Below the pieces are notes generated by a model. The model ran no database searches. It was not told the DNA's origin and saw nothing but the letters and a program-made list of their open reading frames with translations. DNA of 63,836 bases, counting the filler, from Octopus bimaculoides (lineage: Eukaryota): NCBI RefSeq assembly GCF_001194135.2. It is 7 parts of 5 records of this genome, joined end to end, with 100 filler letters (N's around TTAATTAATTAA, not from the genome) between each part and the next. Parts side by side here need not be neighbours in the genome. Positions count along the whole stretch, not along the records: positions 20,228 to 30,024 come from NC_068999.1; positions 30,125 to 55,598 come from NC_068999.1; 5 more parts are not named here. One strand, written 5' to 3'. Positions 24,489 through 38,829 of the stretch are shown here, in pieces (positions within the stretch are counted from its first letter, which is position 1; each line of letters opens with the position of its first letter). Both the position numbers and the translations under genes were made by a program.

Positions 24489-26513
24489 GTCTGTCTATCT
24501 ATCTATCTACCTATCTCTAAACACACACACACACTCACACACATATATGTCTATGTCTAAATATGTATATATTATATTGGTGGGTAGGATAATATCCCTA
24601 CGCATATAGGAACTGTACAAAAAAAAACATTAGCAGACACACACACACGCATATACATATAAACACACATACACACAAATATGTATGTGTGATTATTATG
24701 ACGTATGTAAGTGATAGCGCGTCTGCGCATGATCGAATATGAAGTTCTGGGAACAACAAATGCTTCTAAAGTTACGCATGTAAACTTAAATTCATGCATC
24801 TCTCAGATCACACAGGTGCGTAACGCAAACACACAAACGAACATGCACACATGCACGCACGACAACCCGCCCCCAGAAGCTAACACAGTATTCCTCTACA
24901 GTTCTCACATATATATATATATATACACTAATAATTAAACACACACATACACATACGTACGAACCTGCATTCATTGAAACGCACATAGAAGTGGAAATAT
25001 CTTAGGAAATTCTTACACCATACACTGAAAGCCTCACGAAAAGACAAAACTGAATATGTTTCTACGACACAAATATGATTCTGGATATGCGAAACATTAA
25101 CTGCGGCGCGCTCACACATAAGCCTGAAATAATTTAATCTACACGTACATGTACACGTACTTAGATGGTTCTCATAAAATTTGAAATGATTTTCATGTGA
25201 TAGAAATACAGGAAATATGGAGAGAATATTTCTCGTAATTTTACGATTTATTTTTAAGTTCATTAAAAAAAAAATGTCTCTTTAAACAGTTGAAGATAGA
25301 TACATATACATAAATACATACATACATACATACATACATACACACACTTATATACATACATGTACAAACACACGCATATATATATATATATACATATACA
25401 TACATACATACATACATACATGTACAAACACATACGCACACACACACACATACACACACACATATATACGTTTATATATATATATATATGCGAGTGCGTG
25501 TGCGGTTTTGTGTGTGTATGCTAGCATTTGTGTGTGTTATGTGAGCTTGTGTACAAAAATACATTAATGCATTTAGTTTTTATGCTTAAACACACACATA
25601 TATTAATTTGTGTGTATATACACACACAAACACACGTACACACACACACACACACACATATATATTGATAGATTTACACACGCAAATTAGTTTTGCTTAT
25701 GTGTTTGCGTGTATGTATGTATGTGCGTGTGAAACGTACACTTGGAAACAGATAAATTCTTGAAGATGTACACGTACAAATATAGAGAGTTAAGTATATA
25801 CACACATACTCATATATACACATATATACACATATATACGAGTGGGTGTATGTTTGCCCGACTGTACACATCCATGTATGTATGCATGTATATATGTATG
25901 AATGTATGTAGGTATGTATGCATATGTACCCACACACACATACCCATACACACGCACATACTCATGTGTACGTACGTATATGCATATGTGTAGTCTGTAT
26001 ATGTGTTGGCGAACGCTTGTATCACTGTATGTGTATAAAGTGTTGCGTTTGTTTTTACGACTGCACGTTAGTGTGTATGCTTGTGTGTACGTATGTGTGT
26101 GTTTATGCGCGCGTGTGTGTGTATCCGTGTACTGAGGAGGAAAAAAAAACAGAAACATAAACGAAGATATTTTACAAGAACATGAATACGATGACGAGAG
26201 TTGAGAATGTAGAGGAAGAAGAAGAACTTGAAGAGGAAAGACAGCCATATTGATAATGATGATGAGGATGCTGAAGCTGATGATGCAGTAGAAGAAGAAG
26301 AAGAAGAGAAAGAAGTAGAAACATCGGGAGACAGGGGGCGAGAGCTAAAGAGGATTGAGTGTCGAGTGTAAAAAAATGCAATATTGTTAAGATGCTTTTA
26401 ATATGCAAAGATGCTTTAAGTGTATTTTTTCGTTTCATTTTTGCGTATGTTTTTATTATTATTTATAATTTTCATTTACTTTTTGTCGGGTTATTTTAAA
26501 CATTTTATGTATG

Positions 26514-26544
<31 letters not shown>

Positions 26545-27229
26545 NNNNNNNNNNNNNNNNNNNNNNNNNNNNNNNNNNNNNNNNNNNNNNNNNNNNNNNN
26601 NNNNNNNNNNNNNNNNNNNNNNNNNNNNNNNNNNNNNNNNNNNNNNNNNNNNNNNNNNNNNNNNNNNNNNNNNNNNNNNNNNNNNNNNNNNNNNNNNNNN
26701 NNNNNNNNNNNNNNNNNNNNNNNNNNNNNNNNNNNNNNNNNNNNNNNNNNNNNNNNNNNNNNNNNNNNNNNNNNNNNNNNNNNNNNNNNNNNNNNNNNNN
26801 NNNNNNNNNNNNNNNNNNNNNNNNNNNNNNNNNNNNNNNNNNNNNNNNNNNNNNNNNNNNNNNNNNNNNNNNNNNNNNNNNNNNNNNNNNNNNNNNNNNN
26901 NNNNNNNNNNNNNNNNNNNNNNNNNNNNNNNNNNNNNNNNNNNNNNNNNNNNNNNNNNNNNNNNNNNNNNNNNNNNNNNNNNNNNNNNNNNNNNNNNNNN
27001 NNNNNNNNNNNNNNNNNNNNNNNNNNNNNNNNNNNNNNNNNNNNNNNNNNNNNNNNNNNNNNNNNNNNNNNNNNNNNNNNNNNNNNNNNNNNNNNNNNNN
27101 NNNNNNNNNNNNNNNNNNNNNNNNNNNNNNNNNNNNNNNNNNNNNNNNNNNNNNNNNNNNNNNNNGCATGCTAACGATTCCGCCAGCTTGCTCGCTTTAT
27201 ACAATAACAATGACAACGCAAACGATATC

Positions 27230-27285
<56 letters not shown>

Positions 27286-27387
27286 TGATAATAATAATAA
27301 TAATAATCTTCAAGAAACCATCAATTTTAGGGGTAGTGGGTGAGTCGATTAAATCGATCCGTGTGGTTAAGATGATGATGGTGGTGA

Positions 27388-27421
<34 letters not shown>

Positions 27422-27445
27422 TTGATGATGATGATGATGGAGATA

Positions 27446-27486
<41 letters not shown>

Positions 27487-27851
27487 AACGACGATAATGA
27501 TGCTGATGTTGGAGAGGGTGATGATGGTGATGATGATTCGACGTTGAAGACGTTGATGATGATGATGATGATGATGATGAAAACTGCTGAATTTGCAGCT
27601 AATTCTTAGAGTAAGCAGAATTAAGAGCAGAAACCGGAACAACAACAACAACAACAAAGAATGACAGTATCAAGAAGAAAAAGAACAACAACAAAACAAC
27701 AACAACAATAACAGCAGCAGCAGCAGCAGCAAAGACTAGCAACATCAATATGAAGACGAAAATACATGGAAGAAAGTGAAAGTAGAAAAGAAAACTAAGT
27801 GTACGACATTGGGTATTTTGAAAAGGGAAGAGGAGAGAGAGAGAGGGAGAG

Positions 27852-27889
<38 letters not shown>

Positions 27890-30124
27890 GAAGAGGACAT
27901 GGGAAGGTCGTGCAGTATCACAGATAATGAAGAGAATATTGATGATGATGATGATGATGATAGTGTTTAATGGTAATGAGGATGACGTAATAGAATGAAT
28001 TGGNNNNNNNNNNNNNNNNNNNNNNNNNNNNNNNNNNNNNNNNNNNNNNNNNNNNNNNNNNNNNNNNNNNNNNNNNNNNNNNNNNNNNNNNNNNNNNNNN
28101 NNNNNNNNNNNNNNNNNNNNNNNNNNNNNNNNNNNNNNNNNNNNNNNNNNNNNNNNNNNNNNNNNNNNNNNNNNNNNNNNNNNNNNNNNNNNNNNNNNNN
28201 NNNNNNNNNNNNNNNNNNNNNNNNNNNNNNNNNNNNNNNNNNNNNNNNNNNNNNNNNNNNNNNNNNNNNNNNNNNNNNNNNNNNNNNNNNNNNNNNNNNN
28301 NNNNNNNNNNNNNNNNNNNNNNNNNNNNNNNNNNNNNNNNNNNNNNNNNNNNNNNNNNNNNNNNNNNNNNNNNNNNNNNNNNNNNNNNNNNNNNNNNNNN
28401 NNNNNNNNNNNNNNNNNNNNNNNNNNNNNNNNNNNNNNNNNNNNNNNNNNNNNNNNNNNNNNNNNNNNNNNNNNNNNNNNNNNNNNNNNNNNNNNNNNNN
28501 NNNNNNNNNNNNNNNNNNNNNNNNNNNNNNNNNNNNNNNNNNNNNNNNNNNNNNNNNNNNNNNNNNNNNNNNNNNNNNNNNNNNNNNNNNNNNNNNNNNN
28601 NNNNNNNNNNNNNNNNNNNNNNNNNNNNNNNNNNNNNNNNNNNNNNNNNNNNNNNNNNNNNNNNNNNNNNNNNNNNNNNNNNNNNNNNNNNNNNNNNNNN
28701 NNNNNNNNNNNNNNNNNNNNNNNNNNNNNNNNNNNNNNNNNNNNNNNNNNNNNNNNNNNNNNNNNNNNNNNNNNNNNNNNNNNNNNNNNNNNNNNNNNNN
28801 NNNNNNNNNNNNNNNNNNNNNNNNNNNNNNNNNNNCAGCCTCTTTCTCACTATGACGTGGCTCTTGCAAATTCTTTCTTTCTTCTTCACTTAAATTTTCT
28901 TTTCACTTCAACTTCAATTTAGTTTCGTCTCAGTTTTTTTTGTTTTTTTTCTTTTTTGTTTTGTTCCTTACTCGCTTTCTTTTCGCTTCTTACACTTTCC
29001 GTATCTTTCCGCGTCTTTCCGACCTCTTTATGCACTCGAGAAAGAATACGCTGATGTCGGCGGTGACAGTGGCGGCGGCTGCGGCGGCGGCTGTGGCGTT
29101 GATTCCTTCGTTGTTGCTGTTAGTGGTTGTAGTAGTGGTAGTAAGAAATAGGTGGAAGGATGGAGAAGATTGTAGATAAAGCTGACCGGCAGGGAAACGA
29201 AGGAACAAATGAAAGGGAAGGAAGTTCAGGTAAATATGTTAACCTTCAAGCGAAAACAGGGAATGAATACAACGAATGAAAGACAAGGAAGTGACTAGAG
29301 CAGAGACAAAAATGGAAAAGAAAGTCGGAAAGGAAGCGAAACGAGAATAAATGTAAGAAAAAAAAAATTAAATACTATAAAAATATAATAAATAAAATAT
29401 TTAGTAGCTGAAGAAATAGTTAACATAAAGAAATAATGCGAAGGAAAAAAAAATGGGAAGAAATATATGAAAATATGGTGGAAGTTTAAAAAGGAAAAGA
29501 AAAGAAAACGAGGTAAATGAGGAAGTGAGGAAGAAAATAAGGAAGAAACAATAGAGACTAACGGGTTTTATTTGTTATTTTGTTGTTGTTGACTTAGACA
29601 CTTGTCATTCTCTCTCCCTCGTCTTCCTCCTCTTCTTCCTCCTCCTCATCCTGATCATCGTGATCCTCATGATGATAATGATGATGATGATGATGATGGT
29701 GGTGATGATGATGATGACGATGGTCATGGTTATGATCATTGTCGTATTCATCGTTCTCGTCATCACTATCATCATCTTCATCACCGTGGTCGTCGTCGGC
29801 GTCCTCCTCCTCGTCATCATCGTCATCATTAGCATCAACAACATCATCATCATTATCATCATCGTCGTCGTCGTCATCAGCATCATCATCATCATCCGTA
29901 ACCAACTTCGCCATCACCACCACCTTCATTGTTATCATCATCATCATCCTCATCGTCTTCATCATTCTCAACACCACCGTCAGCACCAACGATACCTACA
30001 CCCTATATCATCGTCATCGTCATCNNNNNNNNNNNNNNNNNNNNNNNNNNNNNNNNNNNNNNNNNNNNTTAATTAATTAANNNNNNNNNNNNNNNNNNNN
30101 NNNNNNNNNNNNNNNNNNNNNNNN

Positions 30125-30216
<92 letters not shown>

Positions 30217-31115
30217 AGCATCACTCACAAGCACATTTTATCTTGACTTTAATGCAATTCTGGGAATGTCTCGGCACGTATATGAAACGCAAGTTAAAAT
30301 AATTAATTTCTGATGTAAACGTATTCAATACTTATTGCCAGGCAAGATTTGTCTCTTTAAATGGAATATTCCCAAAAGAAAATGGCGAAGACTATTTTTA
30401 TTTATATGTTTATTCTCGTTTGTTTTTATTTTTCTATACATAAAAAGAAAATGCCAGCATTTGAACAGGATGAAGTTTTTCAGCACATTACTCCGGGCAA
30501 AAAATCACTAATTCAATTATTCTCCCATTAATAGAAATGGTGGTTTTGGAGATGAAGAAATGAGTATATAACTACAAAAGATTTGCTTACATTGATTTGC
30601 AATCTCTTTTATATTGTATCATATGAATGAATCGTCGAAGCAATTTCAAATGGAACTGTTACACATTATATAAAAATTTCAAATGGAAAGAATAAGATAA
30701 CAAAATGTAATAAGTCTTAACTATTGGCTGCATCGTTCATTCACGTCACACTTTACTATGGAGAAAACCTGTTGCCTTATTGGTTAGAAGCTCAATGAAT
30801 GATTTTTATTAGAATTTTCAAAGATATTCGAGAGGCGTTTATTTGTTTTCTTTAACTCTTTTATTGGTCTCATTCATTTGACTGCGACCATGCTGGAGTT
30901 CATTGTATAGTATTATAGCGTGTAATATCGAAACTAGTAGATAATTTCGTTAGTATTTTACTGATATCTTGGGACACGAAATGTAAGTTTATCAATGTCG
31001 GAAACGCTGGTGACTCTATACTGGAATTTCTGTTTAACTACTTGGCTGCATATGTGTGTGCTTGTGTGTGTGTGTGTTTGTTTGTTTGCCTCCTTGTGTG
31101 TGTGCGTGTATGTAC

Positions 31116-31157
<42 letters not shown>

Positions 31158-32765
31158 GGAAAGAGAATTTGAAGATTTAGGCGAATAATTTATAGGCAAT
31201 GAGCAGAGATTAGACTTGGTTGACTATAGTGACGAGAGAATGCCATTATAATGCCAGTAGTCTGTAAAATAACATTCTGCTTCATGTCTAATTTGTAAAT
31301 CCAAAGGTCAAACGCCGGATAAATTTAGTATAAGGTCACAGTGTACAGAAGAAAAACACCATAGAATGAAGAAATGTAGATATTTTGACCAGTTGCTTAT
31401 GTGCGTTTCGGATAGACTGTGATGCATCAATCATGCATATTATTCAATCCTATATTTGTCCGAATAACATTCTACAGATAAAGGGAAATTCAACACCATC
31501 CTATCATTTTCAAAACTACCAGACAAACTGACTTTGCGCAATTCCGTTGATAATTAAAATTTCAGGGAAATATTAAATACTTTTCAATGTTTCCATAGTG
31601 AATCATAATTACCCTGAGAGACTCGCATATTTTGCAACGCAAGCTCTATATTAGGTAAGGTCAATCCTTTTCAAGAAGCGGGCTTCATTATCAGGTTTTC
31701 TGCACCACTGGTAATATTCAAGGAGACTTTTCATTAGGTACGCCATTCGGAAAGAGTCCTGGGTTGCAGTTTTCCCGTAACTGCTTTAAACTATTGCTCC
31801 GCTTACAAGAAACAGCAACCCAATTTCCCTCAAGTCAGTCTACAGTTTTAAACAATATAGACGAAACTGCTGAATAAAGAATCTCTAGACAAAATTCTGT
31901 TATTGCCAGAAGGTTTTAAATCTACGACAGCATCAACGACAACTCTCATACCACAAAAAATACAGTTACGACAGTAATTTAATATTTATATAAATTATCC
32001 AACAACACTATTGTCAATTCATTTTATCAAACATATTTTCTATTTTGACTTGTAGCAATGTCAACGTCTAGATATTCAGACACAAGCAATTTATCATTAA
32101 CAGATGGTTACCTGTTTTCACTCCAGTGACGTTTGTGAGTAATTTCATTAGTTGTTTATAAAATCTTCTTAATTTGTTCTTACAGCCATTGTGAATGCTA
32201 TGGGAATGGTTAAATATTTCCCTTTTGCAACCATTAGATTCCAAGTTCACTACCTAGCGAATATGCTGGCTGGTATAGCCTGACCAATATCTTGCAAATC
32301 AAATTTGATTAATTGGAACATTGCAAAATATAGTTAGACACTCTCTAACACATATACATTTCATTGTTTGAGCTATCTACCTATATATATTTTTTTTCTC
32401 TCCTTATTTCTTTGTTTGTTCATCTCTGTGGAAGAGCGTAAGTTCGAAACGTTAAAGACTTATTTCAATTCCCGAGCGTTATACTAATACATCTGTTTGT
32501 TTTCTACACCACCTATATATATATATACAGACAGACAGACAGACAGATAGATAGATATGTACATACATATATAAATATCTCATCGCAATCGTGGCTGTGT
32601 GGTAAGAAGTTCGCTTCCCAATCAGATTGTTCCCGGCTCAGTCCCACTGAATAATACCTTCAGCACATGTCTTCTGCTATACCACTGACAGAGACCAAAG
32701 CGTACTGAATGGAATTAGTAGACGGAAACTGAAAGAAGCCCATTATGTACACACACACACACAAA

Positions 32766-32856
<91 letters not shown>

Positions 32857-33546
32857 CATTGAAATAGAAAGGAAACGCATAAATATGAAGGTATGCTGTA
32901 ATAGTTTATTACTTTCTACATTTTTGCTTCATACTCTTAATTTTTATACATTTAAAATGGAAACCAGTCCCTTTTATCTTCAATATTTAATAGTTCGATG
33001 TAGTTGTAGTGTCATTTGAAACAGCTATTAATTCACAGCCGACCAATCCTGCAAAACGTTAAATTAATTGATAAAATGACAAGTAGTTAGACTCTTCCAC
33101 CTAGATGTCGTCTGTTTGTATGGAAATCTAGTTTTCAATTACAGAATATTCTTTTGTTATAGTATCATATTGGCACCTGTGTTTCTATGTTTGGAATCAG
33201 TACACATGCAGATCCAATGTATAGATACATACGCGCATATATACATTCACACAAACACGCGTGCATACAACTGTTCTATCGAATCAGCAGATTATCATTT
33301 GTACCGGTTATCCTAGTCACATTGAGCTGTGTAGCAACAGATTTGCATAAAGGCCCAGAAATGCGGTTCTTCTCCCCGAAAAGAACAAAGGAAACTGATA
33401 CGTGTCTTCCAAATAAAATCGATTACTTGTGAAGGGAAAATTAATTAAACATTCTCAGGTATTCTTCCTTTGAGGTTGCTAAATTGGAGCTGCACAGGCA
33501 ATCGCATCGGTATATGACATACATAATCAAACTTACACACACACAC

Positions 33547-33577
<31 letters not shown>

Positions 33578-33806
33578 AGAAACATGCACATATAAACAGT
33601 ACTAATACAATTATTACAGAACTAAATTGATATGTACTTCGACTGTCTGGCTAGTTACAACTATATACACACAGGTTCGAACACATATTCATAAATCAAG
33701 TAATTAATATATTCCCCAAACTCAAGTTGTTTCCAATTAAGCAAACACACTTTGTCTTGGCGGTAGAAAGCGGCTTTCATTCAACAAAGGCAAACCATTA
33801 AGTCAT

Positions 33807-34228
33807 CTTTTGTACTCTAGGCACAAGAACCGAAATTTTGGGGGAGGGGGCCAGTTGATTAGATCGAACCCGGTACGCAACTAGTACTTAATTTCTCGAC
33901 CCCGAAAAGATGAATGGCAGAGTCGACCTCGGCGGAATTTGAACTCAGGACATAAGGACAGATGAAATACCGCTAAGCATATTGCCCGAAATGCTAACGT
34001 TTCTTATTTCTTTATTGCCCACAAGGGGCTAAACATAGAGGGGACAAAAAAGGACAGACAAAGGGATTAAGTCGATCACATCGTAAATGTTACTTAATTT
34101 ATCGACCTCGAAAGAATTAAAGGCAAAGTCAACCTCGGCAGAATTTGAACTCAGAACGTAACGGCAGACGAAAAACCGCTAAGCATTTCACCCGGCATGC
34201 TGATGTCTTTGCCAGCTCGCCGCCTTAC
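33807..34228 (-). mobile_element. Two tandem SINE family A copies
   Basis: AAAGTC.ACCTCGGC.GAATTTGAACTCAG occurs at ~33920 and ~34125. Confidence 0.88.
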
Positions 34229-34776
34229 AAAAAGTGAAACAATAACTCATAAGAAAACTTCGATGCTGATCATCTTAACATACATTCATATAAACATAGA
34301 TGCATATGTATACATGTGTGTGCACCTAATTGCATGGGTGCATATATACATGCATGCATGCACGAATTCACGCATGTATGCATTCATACATGCATATATA
34401 AATGTGAACATGCATTTATACATGTATGCACACATTAGAAAACTACAGATACTGCAATCGAATGACAGCGTTACAATTATGAATGTATACTTTTTCACAT
34501 AATTCACTGCCTCAGGAACAATCTTGAAAATTTGGGCTTCATCAGAACCAGAAATGACTTGGAAGTTTAGGATATAACGCTGACAAGTCATTAATGGACT
34601 TAGAAAATGGGTTTGAGACGCCAGGAATTTAACCTGTAGTTTATGCAATAAAACATTTACAGATATACAAACACATGTACGTATACACATACGCCAAGAC
34701 ATGCAATTCTCTACATGAAATGCTATGCATACTTGCCCAAATATATATTATATCTCAGGTTCTTACATACACACGC

Positions 34777-34851
<75 letters not shown>

Positions 34852-34911
34852 TTGTTTTTGTATTTGGTTTCCTAGATTCTTTATGTGATTTCGTGTGTTG
34901 AAACATTTTAT

Positions 34912-35006
34912 TTTCGTTGCGTCTTGCAACATTTTCGGTAGAGGTTGACGCTGTTCAGAACGGACAGAGTCAACGACTATTGAAAATGTTGCAAGACACA
35001 ACGAAA
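34912..35006. ncRNA. Candidate pre-miRNA-like hairpin
   Basis: Ungapped 43-position stem (34912-34954 / 34964-35006) with 4 mismatches, 2 G-U pairs and a 9-nt loop, in otherwise unique sequence. Function is not shown. Confidence 0.35.
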
Positions 35007-35021
35007 GCTGTAAGAGAAAAA

Positions 35022-36814
35022 TAAATAAATGAGTGGAAATCGAACCGGTGAGTGTGTTAAATATTAAAGCACTAAAAGAGAATGACTCTTCCCAGACACA
35101 GTAGCATATATATATATATATATTGTCTTGAATATCACGTCGAAAAGCAAGGAAAAAGCGAATAACTACGGACAGCTTGTCCAGAACCGATATCTTCTAT
35201 ACCTACACACAGTATATAAATTCAAATCTATTCGATTATTAAATGATGCAAACTAGATTTTGTTAGTAACTGCCCAAATGAGAACCTGGAAAAGCCGGGG
35301 TTTCCGAAGCAGAAAACAACCAACTAATACACACGGAAATGCAATCTGTTAGTTAAAATAGACAATTTAGCCAAGTTTTAAGTTTTAATTAGCTGTTATC
35401 TACATTCTAATGATGGAGCTTTTATCTAGCTCATAACTAGCTTCTTCCTTACAGGAAGATGTCAAATATTTTAAAATAGAAGAGAGTACACTTGCTTATA
35501 CATATNNNNNNNNNNNNNNNNNNNNNNNNNNNNNNNNNNNNNNNNNNNNNNNNNNNNNNNNNNNNNNNNNNNNNNNNNNNNNNNNNNNNNNNNNNNNNNN
35601 NNNNNNNNNNNNNNNNNNNNNNNNNNNNNNNNNNNNNNNNNNNNNNNNNNNNNNNNNNNNNNNNNNNNNNNNNNNNNNNNNNNNNNNNNNNNNNNNNNNN
35701 NNNNNNNNNNNNNNNNNNNNNNNNNNNNNNNNNNNNNNNNNNNNNNNNNNNNNNNNNNNNNNNNNNNNNNNNNNNNNNNNNNNNNNNNNNNNNNNNNNNN
35801 NNNNNNNNNNNNNNNNNNNNNNNNNNNNNNNNNNNNNNNNNNNNNNNNNNNNNNNNNNNNNNNNNNNNNNNNNNNNNNNNNNNNNNNNNNNNNNNNNNNN
35901 NNNNNNNNNNNNNNNNNNNNNNNNNNNNNNNNNNNNNNNNNNNNNNNNNNNNNNNNNNNNNNNNNNNNNNNNNNNNNNNNNNNNNNNNNNNNNNNNNNNN
36001 NNNNNNNNNNNNNNNNNNNNNNNNNNNNNNNNNNNNNNNNNNNNNNNNNNNNNNNNNNNNNNNNNNNNNNNNNNNNNNNNNNNNNNNNNNNNNNNNNNNN
36101 NNNNNNNNNNNNNNNNNNNNNNNNNNNNNNNNNNNNNNNNNNNNNNNNNNNNNNNNNNNNNNNNNNNNNNNNNNNNNNNNNNNNNNNNNNNNNNNNNNNN
36201 NNNNNNNNNNNNNNNNNNNNNNNNNNNNNNNNNNNNNNNNNNNNNNNNNNNNNNNNNNNNNNNNNNNNNNNNNNNNNNNNNNNNNNNNNNNNNNNNNNNN
36301 NNNNNNNNNNNNNNNNNNNNNNNNNNNNNNTAAATAAATGAGTGGAAATCGAACCGGTGAGTGTGTTAAATATTAAAGCACTAAAAGAGAATGACTCTTC
36401 CCAGACACAGTAGCATATATATATATATATATTGTCTTGAATATCACGTCGAAAAGCAAGGAAAAAGCGAATAACTACGGACAGCTTGTCCAGAACCGAT
36501 ATCTTCTATACCTACACACAGTATATAAATTCAAATCTATTCGATTATTAAATGATGCAAACTAGATTTTGTTAGTAACTGCCCAAATGAGAACCTGGAA
36601 AAGCCGGGGTTTCCGAAGCAGAAAACAACCAACTAATACACACGGAAATGCAATCTGTTAGTTAAAATAGACAATTTAGCCAAGTTTTAAGTTTTAATTA
36701 GCTGTTATCTACATTCTAATGATGGAGCTTTTATCTAGCTCATAACTAGCTTCTTCCTTACAGGAAGATGTCAAATATTTTAAAATAGAAGAGAGTACAC
36801 TTGCTTATACATAT
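35022..36814 (+). repeat. ~484-bp identical direct duplication flanking an N gap (35022-35505 = 36331-36814)
   Basis: No differences seen by eye. The first copy ends at the gap and the second begins at it, typical of an unmerged contig overlap. Confidence 0.9.
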
Positions 36815-38010
36815 ATATATATATATTATATATACACAAGCATACAATACCTAGAAATATACAGCCATGGTTGCTTACACATGTAGACACGCGTAATTTT
36901 TCCATCTAAAAGCAAAAGCTAGGAATAAAACGTATGGTAAACAAAAGTGATTTGTTTCATTGGGTAGCAACTGTTATTTTGTATTTGCTTACTCCTAGAA
37001 AATATGAACAATGGTTAATATTTCCTTCAAACTTTGCTTTTGTAACATTTATTCAAACCCCAAAGAATCATTCTCGGCACCTTCTTACGATGCTCCCCCA
37101 CTGCTCCTGCTCATGATCAGAGATGCACATATTGTCAGCCACAAGTGGTTAAAGTCAAGCAACTGACAAGCAAATTTGTGGTATTGGGCAGAATATTTGT
37201 TATAACGATAATTCTTCAGCAAAACAGCGCTGAATCTGTGTGAAATGTAATGGAAAATAGGTCAGTTTCAAAACATTGATGCCCAGGGTACAAAAGCAAT
37301 GTTTGGGGAGAATAGTAATTATTTCCTTTGATTTCAAGAGTGAAGCAAATAAGAAATAATACTAACCATAAAGAAATTAAAATTTTGTTACACGGCATTA
37401 TTCTAAAAATCAATTGATACAAACGCAGCGTATTTCCACCGAATATTGGTAAGAAAAGTGTTTAAAGATAGAACCCTCAGAAGCAATTATATCACATTTT
37501 AGTGCAAGATATTACACATGTGATCAGAAATGTCCTAAGATATCTAATAAGTATAGCTTGATAATTACCAGTAAAATGCCACCAACTATAATTGATGAGT
37601 CTTTCTAACTATAGTTTAATTAATAAATAGAAATTGTTATCCGATATTTGATGATACAGATGTGGTTTGGAAACACGTGAACCATCATTTACAGGGCATT
37701 ATATGGGTGTGTCGCGGGTATACTTACACACATACATACTTACATACACTTACATATATACACACACATATGTAAGTACGTACATACATACATACAAGAT
37801 TTTTGTATATTCTGTGTTCAGCTACAGTCCAATCGCTTATGCATTTCATCTTTCTGAGATTAATGACAAAGTATTTGTCAAATACTGGAACGTTATGATA
37901 TTTATATTAATCATTCCTAGATTTGAATGGGACTATTATTGATTTTGACTTTTATCCTTCTGGACTCAATAAAATAAGACAGTAGTCATATACTGAAACT
38001 AAAAAAAATA

Positions 38011-38400
38011 TCCGGAGAACGCAGACCTCCGCCAAGCAGCTCATTTTAAGATAGATCCGCGAGTAAAATTACTAACTAAGAAGCGAAAATAAACTTTGGA
38101 AACAGCAACGCCACCATAGCTTACGTGGAAACGATGAACATGTTTTCAAGGGAGGTAATCAAAGAACGTAACATTGTAATACTTCATGTAAGTAAATAAG
38201 ACAAATGAAAAATCCTTCAAGGATCCATAAAAATTCCCGGATCACTACCAAAATTTCATCATCTGTTCCATGTGGAATTACCAGCTTTTCTTGCAATTTC
38301 ATCCAATACCGTTCACAACATTTTGAATTATTTTCCACACAGACGGACAGACGGAAAAAGCATATAAAATCGACAGACATCAGCCGGTAAACATTCCATC
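38011..38400 (+). mobile_element. Possible non-autonomous Helentron/HINE-like element
   Basis: GACCTCCGCCAAG start, GGATCACTACCAAAATTTCATCA, AATTTCATCCAATACCGTTCA..TTTTGAATTA followed by (GACA)n. This resembles DINE-1/HINE architecture, recognised from memory only. Confidence 0.4.
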
Positions 38401-38469
38401 CAATACATGTATTCAAATGTACTGGATGGAATACATTTATTGAAATGTATTGGAGGAATCCACACACAC

Positions 38470-38718
38470 GGGCATATGGCGTAGTGGTTAAGAGCGCGGG
38501 CTACTAACCCCAATATTCCGAATTCGATTCCAAGCAGTGACCTGAATAAAAATAACAACAACAACAACAATATCGAAAATACCATAGGAATGAGAACCTA
38601 GGGTCAACATTTCCCCAATACACCTAATGAAGTCTGGAGGGTATATCAACCGAAGCGTTGTGTTAACAACAAACAAGATGAGGAGAAATAACCGTCAATT
38701 GTAAATAATGTAAATAAT
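38470..38718 (+). mobile_element. tRNA-headed SINE-like element with a hammerhead-type tail (ribozyme core mutated in this copy)
   Basis: A box TGGCGTAGTGG (38477-38487), B-box-like ATTCGATTCC, (AAC)n linker, then a tail colinear with 41332-41490. The core here reads CTAATGA...GAAGCGTT. Confidence 0.75.
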
Positions 38719-38787
38719 GGACATGTATTAGTGGTATGTGTGTGTATTCATCCAATACATTTGAACAAATAGACATANNNNNNNNNN

Positions 38788-38829
<42 letters not shown>

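Noticed and set aside
32104-32282. Two in-frame mini-exons around a 51-nt GT-AG intron (MVTCFHSSDVSIVNAMGMVKY...)
   Set aside because: Very short intron, no recognisable product, and a one-in-three chance of frame match.
35022-36814. 484-bp direct repeat that could look like an LTR pair or segmental duplication
   Set aside because: Identical copies end and begin exactly at one N gap, with no TG..CA termini, PBS or TSD. Most likely an unmerged contig overlap.
38470-38545. tRNA gene candidates here and at 63765-63836
   Set aside because: They have A/B boxes but no proper acceptor stem, and each runs into a repeat body, so they are SINE heads rather than tRNA genes.
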